Assembly (NCBI GenBank): GCA_964544475.1 | Contig: CAZJBS010000006.1 | Span: 106,951 to 170,950, forward strand | Origin: an uncultured Bacteroidota bacterium | GTDB taxonomy: Bacteria > CLD3 > SB21 | Length of the DNA stretch: 64,000 nt | Direction: 5' to 3' | Part shown: piece after piece, positions 10,298 to 20,039 of the stretch | How the letters are laid out: each line of letters starts with the position of its first letter | How positions within the stretch are numbered: the first letter of the stretch is position 1 | The notes under the pieces: model-generated | What the model was told of the DNA's origin: nothing | Database searches by the model: none | What the model saw: only the letters and a program-made list of their open reading frames with translations | Program-made: the position numbers and the translations under genes

Positions 10298-10849
10298 TCA
10301 CTTGACATAGCCGTACTCCACGGCATATTCCCATAAATACTTCTGCAAAACCTTTCGACCTCTGAAAAGCCTCGACATCACCGTGCCAACCGGCGTTTCC
10401 AGGATATCTGCGGCTTCCTTGTAGGCAAATCCTTCGACATCCACCAGCATGACGACATCCCGGAACTGTTCCGGCAGCCTGTCAATCGCCGCCTTGATGT
10501 CCTGCTCGAGAAAGCGATCCAAAATGGCAGCCGGCGAATCCGTGGGTGCGGTGGCGCGGTCATGAACCTGACTGTACAATGAAAACTCCTCGACATCGTC
10601 GTAGCCCCCCATCGTCGGATCCTTGGAATTCTTCCGATATTGGCTGATGTGGGTATTCATGAGGATTTTGAAAAGCCAGGCACGCACATTTGTCCCCGAT
10701 TCGAATTGATTGGCGGCTCGAAACGCCTTGTAAAAAACTTCCTGCACCAGGTCTTCCGCGTCGGCAGGGTTTCGCGTCAAACGCAACGCCGTGTTATAAA
10801 GAGACTCCGCATGGGGTAAGGCTTGCACTTCAAATTCGTTCGGCGTCAT
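10298..10849 (-). CDS. ECF-family RNA polymerase sigma-70 factor (sigma-24)
   Basis: 183 aa with region 2 (LVQEVFYKAFRA, NVRAWLFKILMN) and region 4 (GFAYKEAADILETPVGTVMSRLFRGR). Confidence 0.9.
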   Translation of the reverse strand: MTPNEFEVQALPHAESLYNTALRLTRNPADAEDLVQEVFYKAFRAANQFESGTNVRAWLFKILMNTHISQYRKNSKDPTMGGYDDVEEFSLYSQVHDRATAPTDSPAAILDRFLEQDIKAAIDRLPEQFRDVVMLVDVEGFAYKEAADILETPVGTVMSRLFRGRKVLQKYLWEYAVEYGYVK

Positions 10850-10968
10850 AAACCTATGTTTCTAAACGACAGTGGTAGGAAAATATTCCTGACAATCTAT
10901 GTGCTTTTGCATAGAGTTGCAACTGCTAATTCCAGCTTGACAAGGACTGGCCAGCCGCAAATTAGGAT

Positions 10969-10997
10969 TTGATTTTGTGAACCCCTTTTTATATATA
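10969..10997 (+). promoter_or_regulatory. Candidate sigma70-type promoter for the ileS operon
   Basis: TTGATT - 17 nt - TATATA, about 75 nt upstream of the ileS ATG. A GC-rich hairpin lies in the leader. Confidence 0.35.
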
Positions 10998-11072
10998 TGG
11001 CATTACTTTTTGAAGAACCGCGCCGGACGGGCTTCGAATCCACCGGAATGCGCCACGAGGACGTGAATTCGG

Positions 11073-14000
11073 ATGTATAGAGAGATTGGATCACAGGACG
11101 ACCTTCCAAAGCAGGAACGCGAGATCCTCGATTTCTGGAAATCCAACCATATTTTCAGACGAAGCATCGAGGAGAGAGGGACCGGCCGCCGGTTTGTTTT
11201 TTTTGAGGGCCCTCCGACGGCCAATGGACGCCCCGGCATCCACCATGTTTTGGCACGATCCATGAAGGATTTCGTCTGTCGTTTCAAAACCATGCAGGGC
11301 TATAGGGTTGAGCGCAAAGGTGGATGGGACACGCACGGATTGCCCGTTGAAATTGAAGTCGAAAAAAGCCTCCGAATCAGCGGGAAGAAGCAGATTGAGG
11401 AGTATGGTGTTGAGGCTTTCAACCAGAAGTGTTATGACAGCGTTTTCACCTACAAGAATCTTTGGGATGAATTGACGGACCGAATGGGCTATTGGGTTGA
11501 CCTCGCCCATCCTTACATGACTTGCACCAATGAATACATTGAGTCTGTCTGGTGGATACTGAAGCAATTTCATGACAAGAACCTGATCTACAAGGGATTC
11601 AAAGTCGTTCCGTATTGCCCGAAATGCGGCACGCCATTGTCGTCACATGAGGTGGCCCAAGGTTACGAAGAAGTGAGCGATCCATCCATCTATGTCCGGA
11701 TGAAGCTGACCGGCGAGGATAACACTTATTTCCTGGTCTGGACGACGACACCATGGACTCTGATTTCCAATGTCGCCCTGGCCGTGGGTAAGGACATATC
11801 ATATGTGAAAGTCAGACATAAGGACCAATGGCTGATTCTTGCTGAGGCCCGTTTGAAGGATGTCTTGAAAGATGACTACGTCATTCATGAACGTTTTCCG
11901 GGATCCGCGCTTCTTCATAAAACCTATGAGCGTCTGTTTGACTATGTTCCGGTAGACAAGCCCGGTTTTTTTGTCATACACGGCGACTTTGTGACGACGG
12001 AAGACGGCACGGGCATTGTTCATACAGCGCCGGCATTCGGCGAAGATGATTATGTCGCCTGCCAGGCTCAAAACCTGCCCTTTCTACGGCCAGTCGATGC
12101 CGCCGGAAGATTTGACGACACCGTGACTGATTTCAAAGGGATGTTTGTGAAAGAGGCGGACCCGGAAATCATCGCCAACCTGAAGAAAAGGGGCATCCTG
12201 TTCCGATCGGAAAAAATCAAACACAGTTATCCACATTGCTGGCGGCACCATACACCGCTGATCTACTACGCGAGGGATGCCTGGTACATCCGGACAACGG
12301 CGTTCAAAGACCAAATGGTGGCCAACAACAGCGGCGTTAATTGGTTCCCCGGAGAAATGAAAGAAGGGCGCTTTGGCAATTGGTTGCGCAACAATATTGA
12401 CTGGTCCTTGTCCCGGGACCGCTATTGGGGAACTCCCCTGCCGCTGTGGGTACATGAAGAGACCGGGGAAACGCTATGCATCGGAAGCCGGGCGGAGTTG
12501 AAACAGGCCCGCATGAAGGATGGAACGCCCGTTCCCGACGATCTCAATCTCCACAAGCCCTACGTGGACAATGTCATCATCGAAAAAGACGGAAAAGTGT
12601 TCCAGCGTACGCCTGAAGTGATCGACGCATGGTTTGACTCGGGCAGCATGCCATACGCCCAATGGCATTATCCATTTGAAAATAAGGACAATTTCGAACA
12701 CCAGTACCCGGCAGACTTTATTTGCGAGGGAGTCGATCAGACCCGGGGCTGGTTCTATTCCCTGATGGCCATTTCGACGTTTCTTTTTGACAAGGCGCCC
12801 TATCGTAACGTGGTCGTCAATGAACTTGTGCTGGACGCTCAGTCCAGAAAGATGAGCAAGTCGCTGGGCAACGTGGTGGACCCGTTCGACATGCTGGACA
12901 CCTACGGCGCCGATGTCCTCCGATGGTATTTGCTCGTCAATACCCCCATCTGGCTGCCCAAGCGGTTTGATCCGGAGGGTTTGCAGGATATGAAGAAACG
13001 GTTCTTCCGTCCGCTTATGGAAACCTACAAATTCTTCGTGTTGTACGCGAACATCGATGGTTTTGATCACACGGAAACGGTCATCCCGAATGAGAGACGA
13101 CCTGAGATGGATCGTTGGATTCTCTCCCGATTGCAAACCACCATCGAAGAGGTCAACGACAACCTGGCGAAGTATGATACTTCCAAAGCCGGCAAACTGA
13201 TTCAGGAATTTATTGATCAGGACTTGTCCAATTGGTACATTCGTCTGTCACGGCGTAGATTCTGGAAAGGTGAAAAAGGCCACGACAAGTCGTCGGCTTA
13301 CCAGACCCTATATGAAGTATTGCTGACCATGAGCAGGATGTTGGCTCCTTTCTGCCCGTTCCTTGCCGACCGGATGTTTGGCAACCTGTCGTTTCCGGCG
13401 GGCGCATCGCCGGATGGCCCTCAAAGTGTTCATCTGGAGGCATTTCCGACATCGGATTCTTCCAAGAAAGACCCTGTTTTGGAAGAGAAGATGAACGGAC
13501 CACGCCGAGTGGTCCAGCTGGGACGCGCCCTTCGCGAATCAAAATCCCTTAAGGTCCGGCAGCCTTTGTCAAAAATCATCGTTGTGGCCGAAAGTCCGGC
13601 CGTGTGCGGTCACATAACCGATTTCTCCGAGATTATTCGCAGTGAACTCAACGTGAAGGCCATCGAATTTGTCAAGGACGCCTCTTCACTGGTGACCCAT
13701 CGGATCAAACCCAATTTCAAGGCGTTGGGACCGAAGTTCGGATCGCACGTCGGCCAGGTCGTCGAGGCCATCAAGGGATTTCAGGCCTCCGAAATCGACC
13801 ATCTGGTCCGCGAAGGACGCCAAATGATCCATGTTGGCGGTCATGATCACGAAGTCACCCGCGAAGATGTGGACATCCTGCATGATGAAAAGGAAGGCCT
13901 GGCCGTTCAGTCCGACGGCGTCCTGACCGTCGCCCTCGACACCCACCTGACGGACTCACTGATCGACGAGGGTATTGCACGGGAATTCATCAATCGGGTT

Positions 14001-14216
14001 CAGAATCTACGAAAGGATGCGGGGTTTGAGGTCGTCGATCGAATTCGGATCCGGTTTGACAGCAGCGAACGCGTCGTCAGAGCCATTCGGAGTCAAGAGG
14101 CTTATGTCAGCCGTGAGACACTGAGCACGGAAATTGTACCTGGCGCCAACGGAAAAGATGCCGTTGAGTTTGAGATCCACGGTGAATCGGTTCGGATCGG
14201 CGTAACCAAATGTTAG
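11073..14216 (+). CDS. ileS: Isoleucine--tRNA ligase
   Basis: 1047 aa. HIGH-type PTANGRPGIHH, KMSKS motif, editing-domain TPWTLISNVALAV. Confidence 0.95.
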   Translation: MYREIGSQDDLPKQEREILDFWKSNHIFRRSIEERGTGRRFVFFEGPPTANGRPGIHHVLARSMKDFVCRFKTMQGYRVERKGGWDTHGLPVEIEVEKSLRISGKKQIEEYGVEAFNQKCYDSVFTYKNLWDELTDRMGYWVDLAHPYMTCTNEYIESVWWILKQFHDKNLIYKGFKVVPYCPKCGTPLSSHEVAQGYEEVSDPSIYVRMKLTGEDNTYFLVWTTTPWTLISNVALAVGKDISYVKVRHKDQWLILAEARLKDVLKDDYVIHERFPGSALLHKTYERLFDYVPVDKPGFFVIHGDFVTTEDGTGIVHTAPAFGEDDYVACQAQNLPFLRPVDAAGRFDDTVTDFKGMFVKEADPEIIANLKKRGILFRSEKIKHSYPHCWRHHTPLIYYARDAWYIRTTAFKDQMVANNSGVNWFPGEMKEGRFGNWLRNNIDWSLSRDRYWGTPLPLWVHEETGETLCIGSRAELKQARMKDGTPVPDDLNLHKPYVDNVIIEKDGKVFQRTPEVIDAWFDSGSMPYAQWHYPFENKDNFEHQYPADFICEGVDQTRGWFYSLMAISTFLFDKAPYRNVVVNELVLDAQSRKMSKSLGNVVDPFDMLDTYGADVLRWYLLVNTPIWLPKRFDPEGLQDMKKRFFRPLMETYKFFVLYANIDGFDHTETVIPNERRPEMDRWILSRLQTTIEEVNDNLAKYDTSKAGKLIQEFIDQDLSNWYIRLSRRRFWKGEKGHDKSSAYQTLYEVLLTMSRMLAPFCPFLADRMFGNLSFPAGASPDGPQSVHLEAFPTSDSSKKDPVLEEKMNGPRRVVQLGRALRESKSLKVRQPLSKIIVVAESPAVCGHITDFSEIIRSELNVKAIEFVKDASSLVTHRIKPNFKALGPKFGSHVGQVVEAIKGFQASEIDHLVREGRQMIHVGGHDHEVTREDVDILHDEKEGLAVQSDGVLTVALDTHLTDSLIDEGIAREFINRVQNLRKDAGFEVVDRIRIRFDSSERVVRAIRSQEAYVSRETLSTEIVPGANGKDAVEFEIHGESVRIGVTKC

Positions 14217-14255
14217 AATGTTGGTGTTATTTATTTAGAAACGAAGGGGATTGTC

Positions 14256-14663
14256 ATGAAGAAAAAAGACCTTGAGTATTTCAAGAAACTCCTGGTGGAG
14301 GAACAAACCAAGGTTTTGAGAGATATGGGGTACATCAAAGAGACTCTGATGGACAGCACCATGAGGGAGGCCTCCGGAGACCACTCGGCATATTCATTTC
14401 ATATGGCGGATCAGGGTTCCGATACCTATGATCGTGAAAAGACATTCATGTTGGCCGCCCGTGAAAACAAGTATCTGTCCGAACTGAACGATGCGATCCG
14501 CCGCATGGAGGAGGGCAAGTATGGTGTTTGCATGATTTGCGGCAAAGACATTGAAAAAGAACGCCTGGAAGTCGTCCTGGTGGCCAAGTACCATGTCACA
14601 TGCAAGAAACAGCTTGAGAAGGTCAAGAACAAGGAATCCCAGTCGGAAGCGACGGACTACTAA
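14256..14663 (+). CDS. DksA/TraR-family zinc-finger protein
   Basis: 135 aa with the coiled-coil N-terminus and C-terminal CMICGKDIE...C segment of DksA/TraR. The ileS-dksA-like-lspA order is conserved synteny. Confidence 0.7.
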   Translation: MKKKDLEYFKKLLVEEQTKVLRDMGYIKETLMDSTMREASGDHSAYSFHMADQGSDTYDREKTFMLAARENKYLSELNDAIRRMEEGKYGVCMICGKDIEKERLEVVLVAKYHVTCKKQLEKVKNKESQSEATDY

Positions 14664-14674
14664 AAGGCGATCTC

Positions 14675-15226
14675 GTGAAAGTATACTGGATAGCGTTTGC
14701 GGTCGTGATCCTGGATCAGGCGACCAAACTGGCCGTGAAGGCCACGATGGCCATGCATCAGGTCGTTCAAGTGTTGGGGACGACGGTACAGTTGACTTAT
14801 CTGGAAAACCCGGGCATGGCTTTTGGGATACGCTTTTTTGAGACACACCCCTTCTGGGGCCGGTGGTTTTTTTCGGCGGTATCCATCATCGCCTCTTTCG
14901 GTTTGATCTGGTATATTTATCGCATGCGTGCCGAAAGCCGCGTCTACCGGATCGCCCTGGCCCTTATTTTGGGTGGCGCCATCGGCAACCTGATCGATCG
15001 GGTTCTGTACGGCCGCGTGGTGGATTTCATTGATATGGATATGCCGGATGTGATGGGCCTTCAACGCTGGTATGTATTCAACATAGCCGATGCGGCAGTG
15101 GTATGCGGTATGATCCTGATGACCGGATTTGTCCTTTTCGCGAAATCCCACCATCGCGATTCATCCGCCATCCCCAATGACGAACACATGGCCATGAAAA
15201 ACAAGCCGGAAACGGCAACGGAATAA
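14675..15226 (+). CDS. lspA: Lipoprotein signal peptidase II
   Basis: 183 aa with ILDQATKL, NPGMAFGI, FNIADAAV motifs and four TM segments. Confidence 0.9.
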   Translation: MKVYWIAFAVVILDQATKLAVKATMAMHQVVQVLGTTVQLTYLENPGMAFGIRFFETHPFWGRWFFSAVSIIASFGLIWYIYRMRAESRVYRIALALILGGAIGNLIDRVLYGRVVDFIDMDMPDVMGLQRWYVFNIADAAVVCGMILMTGFVLFAKSHHRDSSAIPNDEHMAMKNKPETATE

Positions 15227-15296
15227 ACAATTTTTGCCGACGTTCAAAGCTCAGTTAAGGACTTACATCATCCGATCCATATACAAGGAGAATGGC

Positions 15297-15629
15297 ATGA
15301 GTCATCCTTTGGTACTCAGTGACGATTCATTCGAAAATGAAGTGATCAAGTCGGACGTTCCGGTCATGGTTGATTTTTGGGCCACGTGGTGCGCACCCTG
15401 CCGCATGATTGCCCCCGTCGTTGAAGAAATGGCCCGTGAGTATGACGGCAAAGCCAAAGTCTGCAAGATTGATGTCGACGCCAATCCAATGGTTGCGTCC
15501 AAGTATGGCATCATGAGCATTCCGAGCATCCTTTTCTTCAAAGGTGGCAAACTTGTCGACAAGGTGGTCGGCGCCGTTCCGAAAAATCAACTCGTCTCCC
15601 GGCTGAATACTGCTATGTCGGCCACGTGA
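15297..15629 (+). CDS. trxA: Thioredoxin
   Basis: Starts at the ATG preceded by AAGGAG; the ORF-track TTG at 15234 is a probable over-extension. Active site is WCAPC (variant of WCGPC), followed by IPSILFFKGG. Confidence 0.88.
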   Translation: MSHPLVLSDDSFENEVIKSDVPVMVDFWATWCAPCRMIAPVVEEMAREYDGKAKVCKIDVDANPMVASKYGIMSIPSILFFKGGKLVDKVVGAVPKNQLVSRLNTAMSAT

Positions 15630-15667
15630 CCGACCTCTGTCCGCTTCCACCAGCGCTATTGTCCGAT

Positions 15668-15695
15668 GCCCGCCTCCAAGGCGGGCCTTTTATTT
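15668..15695 (+). terminator. Rho-independent terminator ending the ileS-dksA-lspA-trxA operon
   Basis: GCCCGCC-TCCAA-GGCGGGC hairpin followed by CTTTTATTT. Confidence 0.8.
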
Positions 15696-15743
15696 GGATA
15701 CTCTACGACACCGATCCTGAGTCATCTATGAAGGGACTGCACT

Positions 15744-16277
15744 TTGGATACAATCCTCGTTACCGACACAGCGGCCATCCATAAGCTGGCCCTGGAGCGC
15801 ATCGATGAGAATCTGGCTTTCCGAACTTACCTGAAATCGATGCCTTCTTCTGCGGTGGACGACGTATTTGGCCGGATGGGTGCTCAGATTGCACCGCTCA
15901 TTGACTGCACGGCATGCGGCAACTGCTGCCGGCATCTTCAAGCGCCGGTATTGTCGGCTGAAATTCCTATCTTGGCCTCGGCAACCGGGCATTCAGAGAA
16001 GACCTTCAAAGCGACCTTTCTTGAAAAGACTCCCGCGCATTGGCACATGCGTCATGAGCCCTGCGCCTTTCTGGATGGGAACCGTTGTTCCGTTTACGAC
16101 CATCGCCCCGGCGCTTGCCGGTCGTATCCCCATTTGACAGAATCCTCCATACAGCACAGGCTCTATGGGGTCTTGGACAATTACGCCATTTGTCCGATTG
16201 TGTTCAATGTCGTCGAAGGGGTGAAAGTTGAGCTGGGCTTTGATGTCGGATCCCCATCCGAGCGTTCCCTACCCTGA
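15744..16277 (+). CDS. YkgJ-family cysteine-cluster protein (putative Zn/Fe-chelating CxxCxxCC domain, UPF0153)
   Basis: CTACGNCCRH motif plus additional conserved Cys (CAFLDGNRCSVY, CRSYP). Confidence 0.6.
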   Translation: MDTILVTDTAAIHKLALERIDENLAFRTYLKSMPSSAVDDVFGRMGAQIAPLIDCTACGNCCRHLQAPVLSAEIPILASATGHSEKTFKATFLEKTPAHWHMRHEPCAFLDGNRCSVYDHRPGACRSYPHLTESSIQHRLYGVLDNYAICPIVFNVVEGVKVELGFDVGSPSERSLP

Positions 16278-17429
16278 CGTCGGCGTGGACAACCGGCGCA
16301 TTACAGACAGAATCGATGAGATGAGTTGTTCAATCTCTTGTTGAGTTGTCGGACGGCCCATCGATATCCTGACTGCCCCGATAGCGCTGTCACGGTCGGC
16401 ACCGATAGCCTGCAACACATGAGATACACGAATGGCGCCCGAGGAGCAGGCCGATCCCGTGGAAACGGCGATACCTTCCAAATCGAGGCACGTGGCCAGG
16501 TCGTCGCCGGAGATACCCGGCAGCGAAACGCTCAGATGTCCCGGTAATCGATTCTCCGGTGGGCCATTAAGCACAATGGATGGAATCTCCTGACGTAACC
16601 GGTTCCACAGCCACTTCCTCAGTGCCGTCAAACGTTCTCCGTCATCGTTCATGCGCTGGATGGCCAACTCAGCCGCCTTTCCGAAACCTACAATGCCTGC
16701 CACATTCTCGGTCCCCGCGCGTTTGCCTCTTTCCTGGGCTCCACCATACAACAAAGGCGTCAGCGTGATGCCCTGACGGATGTACAAGGCGCCGATCCCT
16801 TTCGGGCCATACAGCTTGTGGGCGGACATGGACAATAAGTCGACCTTCATGGTTTCGACATTCAACGGCAGCTTGCCGGCGCTCTGCACCGCATCGGTAT
16901 GGAAGATCACCCCCCGTGAACGGGCCAAGGCGCCGATTTCCTCAATGGGAGTAATGGATCCGATTTCGTTATTGACATGCATCAGCGAAATAAGAACCGT
17001 ACTATCTTTGGTTGATGAAGCGACATTCGAAGCACTCACGACTCCCTCCGAATCACAAGGCACATACGTCACGTCGAAACCAAGATGTTCCAGCGCTTCC
17101 GCGCTGTGAAGCACCGCGTGGTGTTCTGCGCGAGATGTGATGACGTGGCGGCCTTTGTCGCGTCCGGCCAATGCCGACCCAATAACGGCCATGTTGTCCG
17201 CCTCGGTCCCCCCGGCGGTGAAGACAATTTCGGATGGTCGCGCGCCGACAAGAGACGCCACCTGCTCACGGGCGTTTTCCACCGCTATCCTGGCCGTTCT
17301 GCCGAAGGCATGAAGACTGGATGGGTTGCCATAAACAGACGACAGGTACGGCATCATGGCTTCGAGCACCTCCGGATCGACGGGGGTCGTGGCGCTATAG
17401 TCCATATATATTCGTTTTTCAGCCATCAT
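16269..17429 (-). CDS. Cysteine desulfurase (NifS/IscS family, PLP-dependent)
   Basis: 386 aa. PLP-lysine region SAHKLYGPKGIGALYIR; catalytic Cys loop SSGSACSSG. Confidence 0.9.
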   Translation of the reverse strand: MMAEKRIYMDYSATTPVDPEVLEAMMPYLSSVYGNPSSLHAFGRTARIAVENAREQVASLVGARPSEIVFTAGGTEADNMAVIGSALAGRDKGRHVITSRAEHHAVLHSAEALEHLGFDVTYVPCDSEGVVSASNVASSTKDSTVLISLMHVNNEIGSITPIEEIGALARSRGVIFHTDAVQSAGKLPLNVETMKVDLLSMSAHKLYGPKGIGALYIRQGITLTPLLYGGAQERGKRAGTENVAGIVGFGKAAELAIQRMNDDGERLTALRKWLWNRLRQEIPSIVLNGPPENRLPGHLSVSLPGISGDDLATCLDLEGIAVSTGSACSSGAIRVSHVLQAIGADRDSAIGAVRISMGRPTTQQEIEQLISSILSVMRRLSTPTSG

Positions 17430-18511
17430 GATGGTATGTAAAGACGTGGTACGCGTGCGTTAATCATACAGGTCACTTCGTAGGGTATCGTTCCCATTTT
17501 GTCCGCCAATTCGGATGCCGTGACTTCCGCCGAGCCCATCCGTCCAATGAGCACCACCGGATCGCCCACATCGACCGCATCATCTCCCACATTGACCATT
17601 AATTGATCCATGCATACCGCGCCAACAACCGGGTAACGATGCCCGCGTATTAATACGTGAGCTTTGTTGCTGAGAAGGCGCGAGTACCCGTCGCCGTAGC
17701 CGATGGGTACCGTGACAATACGACACGCCCGATCCGTCTTGTAGGTATGGCCATAACTGATGCCTGTGTTCGCCGCCACGTTTTTGATGAAAACGACTTT
17801 CGAACTCAACGTCAGAACTGGGCGAAGATCCAGCGCTCTGGAAACCTGAGGCGACGGATAAATGCCGTAGAGACTGATGCCCGGCCGGACCAAATCACCC
17901 AATGAATCCGTGATATTCGCAATGGCGCCACTATTGGCCATGTGCTTAAGCGGAATGTCGATACCGATCTTCCGGATTTCATTCAACACATCGTCAAACC
18001 GCTGCCATTGCACATCGGCAAACGCCCGATCACCTTCGTCCGACGTCGCGAAATGGGAATAAATCCCAACGATTTCCAGATTCTTCAACTGCGCGACGCG
18101 TTTGACGAACTCAACCGCAAAACCAGCCGAAACGCCAATGCGTTCCATGCCCGTGTCGATTTTCAGGTGTACCCTGGCTTTCTGGCCGCCGCTTGATTCA
18201 CTGATATGTTTGGCCAGTTCCAGTGAGGAAACCGTTATTTCAAGATCGTTTTGGATGAACTTTTTTACCTGATAGCCAAGGATACCGCCCATGACAAGGA
18301 TAGGAGCATCGATATCATTTTGCCTGAGAAAAAGTCCTTCTTCAAGAAATCCGACGCCGATGTACTCCACGCCGTTGGCGATGGCACGTTTGGTCACTTC
18401 CAGGATGCCATGACCGTAAGCATTGGCTTTCACGATGGCCATGATCTTACGCGGCCCAATGCACGCCCTGATCTGGCGAATATTATGATCCACCGCAGCC
18501 AGATCAATCAC
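17426..18511 (-). CDS. alr: Alanine racemase
   Basis: 361 aa with the AIVKANAYGHG PLP-lysine motif. The start is GTG per the ORF track. Confidence 0.88.
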   Translation of the reverse strand: MIDLAAVDHNIRQIRACIGPRKIMAIVKANAYGHGILEVTKRAIANGVEYIGVGFLEEGLFLRQNDIDAPILVMGGILGYQVKKFIQNDLEITVSSLELAKHISESSGGQKARVHLKIDTGMERIGVSAGFAVEFVKRVAQLKNLEIVGIYSHFATSDEGDRAFADVQWQRFDDVLNEIRKIGIDIPLKHMANSGAIANITDSLGDLVRPGISLYGIYPSPQVSRALDLRPVLTLSSKVVFIKNVAANTGISYGHTYKTDRACRIVTVPIGYGDGYSRLLSNKAHVLIRGHRYPVVGAVCMDQLMVNVGDDAVDVGDPVVLIGRMGSAEVTASELADKMGTIPYEVTCMINARVPRLYIPS

Positions 18512-18574
18512 GGCATGGGTGGGCCGAATGTCCCTGAGTATGTTGTAGTAGGCGTCCGTAGAGTACTCAATGAT

Positions 18575-19414
18575 CTAAAAACGGCGAATAACTTCGACTA
18601 GCAGTCGATGAAATGAATTTTTGACACGATTGGCTGTAATTGTGACTTCTTCATGACTTAAGGGGCTTGAGCTTATGCCGGTTCCGAGGTTCGTAATGCA
18701 GCTAATTCCCAACACGCGCATGCCCTGGTGTTTGGCGACGATGACTTCGGGTACCGTTGACATCCCAACGGCATCGGCGCCGAGACGTTGGAACATCCTG
18801 ACTTCGGCTCTGGTTTCATAGGTCGGACCTGGGTTTGCGCAGTATACTCCTCGTTGAGTCCGGATGCCGAGGCGAACGGCCGCGGCCTCCGCATCCCGGA
18901 TGTATTCCGGATCATAATCCGAGGCCATATCCGGAAATCTGGGTCCGTGGTCTTCATAGTTCGGTCCACGCAGCGGATTATCAAAAAGGAAATTGATATG
19001 GCTGGTGATAAACATCAGATCGCCTGGACTGAATGCCCTATTCACGGCACCCGCCGCATTTGTGACGATAAGGGAGCGTATGCCCATGTGCCCCATCAGA
19101 CGCACCGGAAAGGCCACTTGTGGCATGGAGTACCCCTCATAGTAGTGGACTCTGCCAGCCATGACCAGCACTTCTCGCCCTTCCATGTCGCCGAAAACCC
19201 ACCTGCCCTCATGGCCTTCAACGGTCGATTTTGGATAGTTGGGAATATCGGCCGTGGAGATGGATGTGGATGCCGTGAGCGTGTCCGCAAAAGATCCCAA
19301 ACCGGAGCCGAGGATAAGAGCAATGGATGGCTTCACGGAAGTTCGTGATCTTATGAACGCCGCCGATTCGTTGAGTTTTTCCTCGATCTCAGTTGGAACC
19401 GGAAAGGAGGTCAT
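18575..19414 (-). CDS. Purine nucleoside phosphorylase (trimeric PNP-I / PunA family)
   Basis: 279 aa with ALILGSGLG, VMAGRVHYYEGY, and GMSTVPEVIVA motifs. Confidence 0.9.
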   Translation of the reverse strand: MTSFPVPTEIEEKLNESAAFIRSRTSVKPSIALILGSGLGSFADTLTASTSISTADIPNYPKSTVEGHEGRWVFGDMEGREVLVMAGRVHYYEGYSMPQVAFPVRLMGHMGIRSLIVTNAAGAVNRAFSPGDLMFITSHINFLFDNPLRGPNYEDHGPRFPDMASDYDPEYIRDAEAAAVRLGIRTQRGVYCANPGPTYETRAEVRMFQRLGADAVGMSTVPEVIVAKHQGMRVLGISCITNLGTGISSSPLSHEEVTITANRVKNSFHRLLVEVIRRF

Positions 19415-20030
19415 GGGATTTGTGGCTCACTTGATTGAGAATGGATGTCACGCGGGGCTGGTCATGACGTGCCAGCCGTGCAAGGTCTCTGGAAGCGGCA
19501 GCCAGAAACGAAACAGGATCCGGAAAGCAATTTGAAAATCGTCGTAATGAAGCCACGATCAGTTGGTTGGCGGGCAGGCTGGACGGCAGATCCACCAACC
19601 GGGCGAGAAATTCCGGTTCCATGGCGACCAGCTGAACGTCTTTTTCCGTGGCGGCCATGACAATGGCATTCCTCAGACGCGGTTTGCGTTGCCCGGCATG
19701 TGCGATCAAACGTCGCTCATCGTCGGAAAACTGACCCAGCAAGACAATCCGCAGCCGCATAATCCTCTGGGCAAAATGGTCTTCGGCCATTCGCCGGGTC
19801 ATCATGGCCGGAATCTGTTTGAGTACCGATGGACGGCCGCCGACCGGTCGAACCTGTGCATCGGAAACCAGACCATACCATGTGCCTTCCAGAGCGACCA
19901 TTCGCACCAGACTGCCAAACGGTGGAGGCGGCATGTGCAGTTCTGCATCCAGTTCGGCGATCACAGAACGGTCGTCGTCCTCCATCACTCGTCCTATGCG
20001 AAAATCCTCTTTTTCATCTCCCATGGTCAT
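19389..20030 (-). CDS. Hypothetical protein
   Basis: 213-aa ORF sitting between the geranylgeranyl reductase and PNP genes in a co-directional operon. Composition is protein-like, whereas the 589-aa ORF on the opposite strand has junk composition. No recognisable motif. Confidence 0.4.
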   Translation of the reverse strand: MTMGDEKEDFRIGRVMEDDDRSVIAELDAELHMPPPPFGSLVRMVALEGTWYGLVSDAQVRPVGGRPSVLKQIPAMMTRRMAEDHFAQRIMRLRIVLLGQFSDDERRLIAHAGQRKPRLRNAIVMAATEKDVQLVAMEPEFLARLVDLPSSLPANQLIVASLRRFSNCFPDPVSFLAAASRDLARLARHDQPRVTSILNQVSHKSHDLLSGSN

Positions 20031-20039
20031 GTCGAACCA

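Noticed and set aside
11019-11053. tRNA-like GGGCTTCGAATCC T-loop string upstream of ileS
   Set aside because: No acceptor, D or anticodon arms can be built around it on either strand. Kept only as a leader hairpin observation.
12474-13136. 220-aa minus-strand ORF inside ileS
   Set aside because: Antisense shadow of ileS.
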